A stretch of 64,000 bases of DNA from Cyanobacteria bacterium P01_A01_bin.123 (GCA_039815185.1 JBCBZT010000033.1:27838-91837), one strand, 5' to 3'. Positions 57,060-63,473 are shown, counted from the stretch's first letter. Made by a program: numbers and translations. The notes: generated from the letters alone by a model not told the origin.

Positions 57060-57782
57060 ATGAAAGAGGCGCTATCCTTAGGGGCAGTAACGAGGTGGAG
57101 CTGTGGATTGACTATTCATCCCCTAGATAATGTTGAGTTATTGCGTTGGTGGCACCAATATCAGGTGCAGATGCTAAGCCAAGAAGCAGACACGATCCGC
57201 AACGGACTGCTTCAGGATGTGTTTGCCGCTCGCCGCCGCCTAGAACTGATCTGTCAATCTCACGGTGATGACTCCGATCTGGGCTGCAAGTCTTGTTTGA
57301 CGGAGCTTGAGCAAATCTATAGTTCGCTTGAAAAATTGAGCGATCGCCTAGTTTCTCCTTACTTACAGTCTGCTTTACCGCTAGCACTGCAACATGCGGT
57401 TGACCCCTGGCAATCAAAGTTCAATCTAGATATGACATTTCCCCAAACCTGGTTTGCAGAATCGGCTGAGCTAACCCAGCTTTTAATTGCTCTTATTGAT
57501 ACGTTTTTCCATAGCCTCATGACCTTCTCGATGCAACCATACTGCTGTAATATCCAACTAAAACATCAAGGCAATTCAAAAGAGCTTACCTTTTTTGTCC
57601 GTTATACTGACTGGCCATCACCGTTGCCTGATATGTCTAAGTTTCCAAAATCTTTGACTTACATGCTTGAGACGTTTCAAGTTTTAACTCAAGGAGAATA
57701 TACCCAAGTTTCTCAACCCCATGAGCTAGGTTGGATGTTGCACTGGGAACATCAAGAGATTAGCAATCAAGATACCCTTTAG
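57060..57782 (+). CDS. Degenerate histidine-kinase-like protein (pseudo-HisKA_3)
   Basis: EADTIRNGLLQD resembles an H-box lacking His; LPLALQH; directly upstream of the response regulator. Confidence 0.6.
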   Translation: MKEALSLGAVTRWSCGLTIHPLDNVELLRWWHQYQVQMLSQEADTIRNGLLQDVFAARRRLELICQSHGDDSDLGCKSCLTELEQIYSSLEKLSDRLVSPYLQSALPLALQHAVDPWQSKFNLDMTFPQTWFAESAELTQLLIALIDTFFHSLMTFSMQPYCCNIQLKHQGNSKELTFFVRYTDWPSPLPDMSKFPKSLTYMLETFQVLTQGEYTQVSQPHELGWMLHWEHQEISNQDTL

Positions 57783-57801
57783 TCCCTTTAATTTAAGATC
57801 T

Positions 57802-58464
57802 ATGACTTCTACATCATCCCATCAGAAATTACTCGTGGTTGACGATCACGAAGCCGTATTGGGTGGTACTATCAGCGTGCTATCACAAGAGTACGTTGAC
57901 GCTGATATTAGAACAGCTACAACAGCCCAAGATGCGTATGACCAACTGTCTGCGGATCTGCCAGATTTATTAGTTATGGATTTATCAATTCCAGAGATAC
58001 CAGAAGCACCTTCTCAGGTTGAAACTGGAATTCAGTTGCTGCGTGATTTGATGAAGACATACCCAGAACTCAATATAGTTGTGCAGAGCGCCCATGTGCG
58101 TTCTCTCGTACGAATTAAACCCATGATTGATATCCATCAGGCTGGATTTACCATTGTCGATAAAAGCTTGCCCATGAAAGAGATGCTGATAAAAGTAGAC
58201 TGGGCCTTGAAGGGTCTGATATACACACCACGGGATATGCGCACAGGTTTAGAAGTCAGGCCCGAATGGTTAGAAGTCCTCCAACTTGCGTTTAGAGAGG
58301 GTTTGCAAGATAAGGCGATCGCCGAGAAAATGAGCATCTCAGAGCGCACCGTACGGCACTACTGGACTAAGGTTCAAGATGCCCTAGGTGTGTATCCCAA
58401 TGCAGGGAAAAATATCCGCATTCAAACCGAAATTCGTTCCCGCGAAGAGGGACTTATTGATTAA
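57802..58464 (+). CDS. NarL/LuxR-family response regulator
   Basis: LVVDDHE, DLLVMDL receiver; C-terminal HTH GLQDKAIAEKMSISERTVRHY. Confidence 0.93.
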   Translation: MTSTSSHQKLLVVDDHEAVLGGTISVLSQEYVDADIRTATTAQDAYDQLSADLPDLLVMDLSIPEIPEAPSQVETGIQLLRDLMKTYPELNIVVQSAHVRSLVRIKPMIDIHQAGFTIVDKSLPMKEMLIKVDWALKGLIYTPRDMRTGLEVRPEWLEVLQLAFREGLQDKAIAEKMSISERTVRHYWTKVQDALGVYPNAGKNIRIQTEIRSREEGLID

Positions 58465-58505
58465 TGGTTGTGACTGAAACACACGATATAAAAATACTAC
58501 AAGCA

Positions 58506-58798
58506 GTTCTGTCGCAAAAAGAATTAGGCAATGATCTGAGCTAACGCTCAAGCTATCCTTGTTGAGCGCATCTAAGGAAACTGTCAGGAATGAGTAGCCA
58601 AAATCGGGTGGGAGCCATTCTACAGGTAGGCTAGAGGTTCCTTCAGGCATCGCCTGTCGATTTCCTATGGATTGTCCCCACTGCCACTCGCCCCAAGTTT
58701 CGGTTCTGCAACGGAAAACCAGCCTGGACTATCCCATGTTTCGGTGTAAAGCCTATCGTCGTACCTTCAATGAGCGCACGGTCACGCCTTTTAATTTT
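58506..58798 (+). mobile_element. Orphan IS6 inverted repeat plus second truncated Zn-ribbon IS6-like fragment
   Basis: GTTCTGTCGCAAAA at 58506 matches the IR at 32826; ATG 58667 MDCPHCHSPQVSVLQRKTSLDYPMFRCKAYRRTFNERTVTPFNF is paralogous to the 32679 fragment and is cut by IS701. Confidence 0.75.
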
Positions 58799-59844
58799 CA
58801 GGAGTTACGCAGTTGAGATGAAGATGAGTTAGAAGAGGAGAATGAATCCTCCGAAATACCAAGCGATCGACTACATCAACTTTCTGATTGCCAGTCAGCG
58901 AGCCTACAGTTGCTGTGAAGCCGAACGGGTTCACCCGGCGAGCGACAAGCCCCTAGCGCATGATGCCATCAACCGATTGCTACACCGTCATGAGCCGAGT
59001 TCAGAAGCGTTATGGCAGGAAGCAGCAGGCTATGTAGGGCTAACTCAAGGCATTTTGGTCATTGATGACACGGTGCTGGACAAACTCTACGCTCAGCGCA
59101 TGGACCTGGTCACTCGTCAGTGGTCGGGCAAGCATAAGCGCGTGGTCAAAGGCATCAACCTCACGACGTTGCTGTGGAGCGATGGGGATAAACACATCCC
59201 CTGCGACTATCGACTGTATGAGAAGGCCATGGATGGAGCGACCAAGAACGACCATTTCTGGGCCATGCTGACGACGGGCTCAGGAGCGGGGCTTTCGACC
59301 GGAGTGCGTGGCCTTTGATAGTTGGTTCAGTGGGCTCGCCAATTTTAAGCTGATCGCCCGCTATGGCTGGCGCTGGTTGACGCGACTAAAGTGCAATCGG
59401 CTAGTGAATCCTGAGCGCAGCGGCAATCAAGCCATCAGCGAGATTGATATCGGGGCTCAAGGTCGAATTGTGCATCTCAAAGGCTACGGCATGATCCGAG
59501 TGTTCAAGATCGTTGCCCTAGACGGCGACATTGATTACTGGGCCACCAATGACCTGGAGATGAGTGAATGGCAGCGCCTCAAGTGGGCTGACTTTGAGTG
59601 GTCGATTGAGGAGTACCATCGCGGTCTGAAACAGTGTTGCGGGGTCGAAAAAGCCCAGGTGCGCTCCTCACGGGCACAGCGTAATCACATTGGCTTTGCC
59701 ATTCGAGCCTTTCTGCGCCTGGAGATGCATTGGTTCAACTCCGGCATCAGTTGGTATGAGGCCAAACTCAGCATCGTTCGCAACGCTGTGCGCTCTTATT
59801 TGGCCGCTCCTACGATTGCTCTGTTGCCAACTGCGTAAGTCCTG
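58799..59844 (+). mobile_element. IS701-family insertion sequence (1046 bp)
   Basis: 17-bp IRs CAGGAGTTACGCAGTTG / CAACTGCGTAAGTCCTG (1 mismatch). Confidence 0.9.
58842..59838 (+). pseudogene. IS701 transposase, frameshifted
   Basis: DDE motifs VIDDT, FDSWF, IEEYHRGLKQ are split between two frames; removing one G at 59276-59278 restores MLTTAQERGFRPECVAFDSW. Confidence 0.85.
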
Positions 59845-60015
59845 ATCTTTGAAGCTGTGGGCATGGTGCGCCAGGAGATCAAGCACTCCAACTTCCTACA
59901 GTTCCTTCTCAACCCTTCCGAAAAACATCAACTCGGCGACCTTTTCCTCAAAAAGCTCCTCATCAGGCATGGGCTTGAGCAAACTTCTTGCATCATTTGC
60001 GGAAAGTTAAGTTGA
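59845..60015 (+). pseudogene. PD-(D/E)XK nuclease family fragment
   Basis: Hand translation IFEAVGMVRQEIKHSNFLQFLLNPSEKHQLGDLFLKKLL, beginning exactly at the IS701 right end. Confidence 0.65.
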
Positions 60016-60349
60016 CAGTTCCCTATAAAACAGCCTGGTGCCGCGCTCAAATTGCTCTGGGGAGCATCTCCTCATCGGAGCACTCGTTTGCTCCCGATTC
60101 GCGATCGCTGCGGGAACGAAAATAGGCCAGTTCGGTCGCTCTGTAAAACAGCTCTACAACGCTCATGGGCTGATAAACGCGATCGCAATATTGACCCTCA
60201 AGAAAACAAGGCGATCGCGCTAGAGATGCCTACAAAACAAACGGGAATCGCGCTCAGGCAAAGGTACAGGCGATCGCGTTCTCAATCATTAGGGCTGTGA
60301 AGGCGATCGCGCTATGACTGAGTGAATTTTCCATGGCTTCTCGCTCAGG

Positions 60350-60446
60350 TCACTCTTCGCTCTGGGCTAACCAGGTTTCTAAATCACTCAGCTCGGTGAG
60401 GTCAAAGATTGCTTCTCCCAGTGTCTCTAAGGTCTCTAAGGAGAGT
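60350..60446 (-). pseudogene. DUF4351/Rpn-type C-terminal fragment
   Basis: Hand translation LSLETLETLGEAIFDLTELSDLETWLAQSEE*. Confidence 0.6.
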
Positions 60447-60484
60447 TAATTGCATCTGTTTTTCTGGAAGGGTAGCGGCTTTGC

Positions 60485-60535
60485 GCGACAATATTGTCGT
60501 TTGTTAGAAATAAAATCAAACGACAATATTGTCGC
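60485..60535. promoter_or_regulatory. Nested palindromes (putative operator or recombination site)
   Basis: CGACAATATTGTCG palindrome twice, within 19-bp inverted arms with a 13-bp spacer. Confidence 0.55.
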
Positions 60536-60639
60536 ATCCAGTGTTGAGCATCAAAAAAGAAAATCTGCTTAGCGACAATTTCCGTAAAAGTTTTGCGAAA
60601 GCCTGTAGCTGTTAATCGACTTTGCTTAAAAACAAAGAG

Positions 60640-60671
60640 TGGACATTTTTATACTACATATGTAGTATAAA
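60640..60671 (+). promoter_or_regulatory. Sigma70-type promoter overlapped by a TGTAGTAT palindromic operator (TrcR-like)
   Basis: TGGACA-17nt-TAGTAT; perfect 24-bp palindrome TTTATACTACATATGTAGTATAAA at 60648-60671. Confidence 0.75.
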
Positions 60672-60686
60672 TACAGGCTTACTGAA

Positions 60687-60920
60687 TTGACAGATCAAAC
60701 TTCGATGCTTTTCACCTATCCATTGAACTCAACCAGCGCGCTGTCGGGCATTCTCCTGCAAGGGATGGGCCAGATAGAGGGTGGTTTTGTATTGAGAGCG
60801 CAGAGTCAATTTAACCATCAATCCACGATCGCCAAACGGAATTATGGCATTGATCTGTGGCTGAACCCCGAACAATATCAGCTAAGCGGGAGGTGCAGGG
60901 CAACCCTGTCACCGACATAG
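60687..60920 (+). CDS. Putative attenuator leader peptide (ATG start may be 60705)
   Basis: Open frame between promoter and terminator; its 3' end contains the anti-terminator AGCGGGAGGTG. Confidence 0.5.
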   Translation: MTDQTSMLFTYPLNSTSALSGILLQGMGQIEGGFVLRAQSQFNHQSTIAKRNYGIDLWLNPEQYQLSGRCRATLSPT

Positions 60921-60942
60921 AGACCAGTGTTTTAACGGTTCT

Positions 60943-60984
60943 CACCCCCCGCTCCTGAAGGTCAGAAGCGGGGGGTGTTTTTTT
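60943..60984 (+). terminator. Intrinsic terminator/attenuator upstream of the HNH gene
   Basis: CACCCCCCGCT-C-CTGA/TCAG-A-AGCGGGGGGTG stem followed by TTTTTTT. Confidence 0.85.
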
Positions 60985-60996
60985 GAGGAAAGAGCA

Positions 60997-61524
60997 ATGC
61001 GAATACAACTAAGCAACCCAGAACCCTCAATATTCCGCCATTGGGTAGTGGTGTTTTCTAAAAACTATCTGCCCCTCACACGGATTTCGCTCAAGCGGGC
61101 GATCGCACTGCTGGTAACCGACCGGGCCGAATCACTGGAGTTGGGTGCGACTCAGTGCTGGGAAGTGCTATCGCCCAATCGGATACTACAGGTTTCAGAA
61201 CACATTCGCCTGACGGGTAACCACGGCGAACGGCAATGGAAAGTGCCCCCTGTCAGCCGCCGCGAAGTGTTTCGACGCGACCAGCACCAGTGTCAATACT
61301 GCGGCAGCAAAAAGCGACTCACGATTGACCACGTCATCCCCCGCTCCAAAGGGGGTACTCATACCTGGGACAACGTCGTGACGGCTTGCGATCGCTGCAA
61401 TTCATCAAAAGGCGATCGCTTGCTCCCGATGCGCAATTTAATGCTTATGGCCAAACCCAAGGCCCCGATGCATCCCGTCATGGCCTTTGCTGAGCAGTTT
61501 TGGATCGAACATCCCCCTGGCTAA
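60997..61524 (+). CDS. HNH endonuclease (type found next to cyanobacterial tRNA arrays)
   Basis: RREVFRRDQHQCQYCG...TIDHVIPRSKGG...WDNVVTACDRCNSSKG. Confidence 0.93.
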   Translation: MRIQLSNPEPSIFRHWVVVFSKNYLPLTRISLKRAIALLVTDRAESLELGATQCWEVLSPNRILQVSEHIRLTGNHGERQWKVPPVSRREVFRRDQHQCQYCGSKKRLTIDHVIPRSKGGTHTWDNVVTACDRCNSSKGDRLLPMRNLMLMAKPKAPMHPVMAFAEQFWIEHPPG

Positions 61525-61549
61525 CTCATCCACAAAGGAGGACAAGCCC

Positions 61550-61936
61550 ATGTTGAAGCTAAATTACACCGACCTTGGACTCTATATGGAGTGCGTCATG
61601 ACCTCCCCCGAACTGCTCATTGCCCAGCATGTTGCCTTGGCAATGCGGTTGGCTCAGCCCCTGCATGTTGAACCGGGCCACGCGAGCTTTTTGCTCTCTG
61701 CCCAAATTGCTGAGCTGCAGAAGCTCGAAAACGTACTACAAGAAAGGGGTATTCGTAATACAAACATCTGGCCCGTGGACGATCGCTTTGTCGAAATCAA
61801 CCTCAGCGGTAGCTGAATTGCAGATAGCCATGAAGCCCACGAAGGGATGTTTGTTACCGCTTTAGGCGATCGCGCCGAAGCCCTTATCTATCAGTTATGG
61901 CGGCTGAGTGAAACCCCAGTTTTCGCCTGGACATAG
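61550..61936 (+). pseudogene. alr0857-family protein with internal TGA
   Basis: MLKLNYTD...EINLSGS*IADSHEAHEGMFVTALGDRAEALIYQLW; the frame continues with family-like sequence after TGA 61814-61816. Confidence 0.75.
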
Positions 61937-62024
61937 CCAGCTAAGCCCGGCCTGGGTAAAGCAAATCAGCGTTCTGCATGGGCCTTACCCAGACCGAGCT
62001 GCCCAAAAAAGATGAAATCCACTC

Positions 62025-62060
62025 TTGACAATTGTAGTATATATAATACAATTGTAGTAT
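62025..62060 (+). promoter_or_regulatory. tRNA-array promoter with two ACAATTGTAGTAT direct repeats (TrcR-like operator)
   Basis: TTGACA (62025)-16nt-TACAAT; repeats at 62028-62040 and 62048-62060. Confidence 0.8.
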
Positions 62061-62102
62061 CAACGGTCAACGCCTTCCTAAAGGTGAATACCTGCTCTCT
62101 CA

Positions 62103-62114
62103 GAACCTTGAAAA
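62103..62114 (+). promoter_or_regulatory. boxA antitermination element
   Basis: GAACCTTGAAAA, the cyanobacterial rrn-type boxA, just upstream of the first tRNA. Confidence 0.7.
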
Positions 62115-62132
62115 GTGAATACTGCCACCTTT

Positions 62133-62208
62133 GGGGATGTAGCTTAGTCCGGCTCAAAGCAGTCGCCTGTCCAGCGAAAGATCGTGGGTTCAAATCCCAT
62201 CATCCCCG
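62133..62208 (+). tRNA. trnD: tRNA-Asp(GTC)
   Basis: GGGGATG/CATCCCC acceptor, loop CTGTCCA, G73. Confidence 0.85.
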
Positions 62209-62211
62209 TAT

Positions 62212-62404
62212 AGCGGTGTAGCTCAGGAGGTAGAGCGCCAGCAAACGTTGACTCGCTGGAGGATAGCCCCCCAGGTACCATCAGAACACGTAAGGGGCAG
62301 CCGGAACGCCGAATTTGCAGTGCACCTGACGTTGCAGTGATGACGTTGGGGAAGCGCGTTTTAAGGCACCGGATTACTCACGGGTTCAAGTCCCGTCACC
62401 GCTA
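62212..62404 (+). ncRNA. 193-nt tRNA-like RNA with a very large structured insertion
   Basis: AGCGGTG/CACCGCT acceptor, canonical D arm TAGCTCAGGAGGTAGAGC, T arm ACGGGTTCAAGTCCCGT; ~140 nt of hairpins between them. Confidence 0.75.
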
Positions 62405-62409
62405 TTGAT

Positions 62410-62486
62410 AGCCTCGTGGACGAGCAGATAAGTCGCTGTGATTCTCAGTCATAGAGAAGCGGGTGCAACTCCCGTCGGGGTTTCCA
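62410..62486 (+). tRNA. trnE: tRNA-Glu(CTC), atypical
   Basis: AGCCTCG/CGGGGTT acceptor, loop TTCTCAG, T-loop TGCAACT, encoded CCA. Confidence 0.7.
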
Positions 62487-62490
62487 CATT

Positions 62491-62564
62491 GAGGATGTAG
62501 CTCAGATGGAAAGAGCGCCTGTTTCCGAGGCAGGAAGCCACAGGTTCAAATCCTGTCATCCTCG
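62491..62564 (+). tRNA. trnR: tRNA-Arg(CCG)
   Basis: GAGGATG/CATCCTC, CCTGT-TTCCGAG-GCAGG. Confidence 0.78.
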
Positions 62565-62569
62565 TTCGT

Positions 62570-62652
62570 GGGGACGCAACTGGAGTTGACTGCTCCGAAA
62601 CCCACAAATGGACGGTTGCAGGACTGGGGTTCAATCCTCCACGTCTCCACCA
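62570..62652 (+). ncRNA. Mini-tmRNA-like RNA: tRNA-like domain only
   Basis: GGGGACG/CGTCTCC-A-CCA with G3.U70, stemless D-loop CAACTGGAGTTGAC, short P2-like hairpin, GGAC junction, T arm TGGGG-TTCAATC-CTCCA. Confidence 0.75.
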
Positions 62653-62655
62653 AAT

Positions 62656-62756
62656 CTCCAGGTAGCCAAGGGGAAAGGCGTCGGTCTGCAAAACCGACCA
62701 TCGTGGGTACTCTGCGAGAAGCCGCTTCGCGTCTACAATTCCCACCCTGGAGTCCA
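62656..62756 (+). tRNA. trnC: tRNA-Cys(GCA) interrupted in the T-loop by a ~27-nt small repeat (probable pseudogene)
   Basis: CTCCAGG/CCTGGAG-T-CCA, TCGGT-CTGCAAA-ACCGA; insertion ACTCTGCGAGAAGCCGCTTCGCGTCTA at ~62709-62735. Confidence 0.8.
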
Positions 62757-62757
62757 C

Positions 62758-62832
62758 TGCAGCGTAGCTTAACGGCAGAGCCGCGGCCTCATAAGCCGAC
62801 AGATGTGGGTTCAATTCCCACCGCTGCGACCA
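62758..62832 (+). tRNA. trnM: tRNA-Met(CAT) (Met/fMet/Ile2 not resolved)
   Basis: TGCAGCG/CGCTGCG-A-CCA, loop CTCATAA. Confidence 0.82.
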
Positions 62833-62835
62833 CCT

Positions 62836-62907
62836 GCACAGATGGTGTAACGGTTAGCACAAGGGCCTCCAAAGTCTTTTGTCCGGGTTCGAATCCTGGT
62901 CTGTGCG
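62836..62907 (+). tRNA. trnW: tRNA-Trp(CCA)
   Basis: GCACAGA/TCTGTGC-G, loop CTCCAAA. Confidence 0.85.
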
Positions 62908-62936
62908 TTTCTACGTCCGCGTCGTAGAAATTTCCT

Positions 62937-63013
62937 GGTGCCGTAGGCAAATCGGTAAAGCCGTCGATCTTTCAAGTCGATGTTTGCGGGTTCAACTCCC
63001 GTCGGCACTGCCA
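62937..63013 (+). tRNA. trnE: tRNA-Glu(TTC)
   Basis: GGTGCCG/CGGCACT-G-CCA, TCGAT-CTTTCAA-GTCGA. Confidence 0.85.
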
Positions 63014-63016
63014 ATT

Positions 63017-63099
63017 GGGTAGGTATGCAAATGGCTGAAGCAGGCTGCTTGTAAACCAGTCGTCCCTGACCACTGGGGGTTCGAGTCCCTCCCTACCCA
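63017..63099 (+). tRNA. trnY: tRNA-Tyr(GTA)
   Basis: GGGTAGG/CCTACCC-A, loop TTGTAAA, long variable arm; one C-C mismatch in the anticodon stem. Confidence 0.82.
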
Positions 63100-63113
63100 C
63101 TTGATCAAGTCTT

Positions 63114-63194
63114 GGAGAGTAAACCGATCAGGCGATTGGCGCTGTTTGCTAAACAGATGGATGAACAATTGTGGTTCGAGTCCACTGCTCTCCG
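63114..63194 (+). tRNA. trnS: tRNA-Ser(GCT), 8/4 fold with 6-bp D stem
   Basis: GGAGAGTA/TGCTCTCC-G, CCGATC/GATTGG D stem, loop TTGCTAA, GTGG/CCAC T stem. Confidence 0.8.
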
Positions 63195-63200
63195 CCTGAT

Positions 63201-63277
63201 GAGAACGTGGTGTAACTGGAAAACATCTCGGTCTACGAAACCGAAGATTGAAGGTTCAAGCCCTTCCGTTCTCGCCA
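63201..63277 (+). tRNA. trnR: tRNA-Arg(ACG)
   Basis: GAGAACG/CGTTCTC-G-CCA, TCGGT-CTACGAA-ACCGA. Confidence 0.88.
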
Positions 63278-63282
63278 TTGAT

Positions 63283-63368
63283 GGAGGATACCGCTGAATG
63301 GTCGGCAACTGGTCTTGAAAACCAGGGTAGTTCTTGGGCTAGGGGTTCGATTCCTCTATCCTCCGCCA
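63283..63368 (+). tRNA. trnS: tRNA-Ser(TGA)
   Basis: GGAGGAT/ATCCTCC-G-CCA, CTGGT-CTTGAAA-ACCAG, variable arm. Confidence 0.85.
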
Positions 63369-63371
63369 AAT

Positions 63372-63468
63372 GGGAAGTTGGTGAAGCTGGTGCTCACGTG
63401 CCTTTGTTGGCGCTGCCTGTCCGAAGGACATAGCAGGTGAGAAGACGGTTCGATTCCGTCACTTCCCA
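63372..63468 (+). pseudogene. Pseudo-tRNA with a small repeat inserted in the anticodon loop (possibly Phe-derived)
   Basis: GGGAAGT/ACTTCCC-A, intact D and T arms; anticodon region contains TTGGCGCTGCCTGTCCGAAGGACA. Confidence 0.72.
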
Positions 63469-63473
63469 TACGT

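Noticed and set aside
60038..60312. Cluster of GCGATCGC sites as a CRISPR-like array
   Set aside because: These are HIP1 octamers with irregular spacing; no repeat-spacer structure and no cas genes
62241..62400. Frame GCA AAC GTT GAC (ANVD...) in the 193-nt RNA as a trans-acting tmRNA tag for the mini-TLD
   Set aside because: No early stop or AA-ending degron, and no visible pairing to the mini-TLD; likely coincidence
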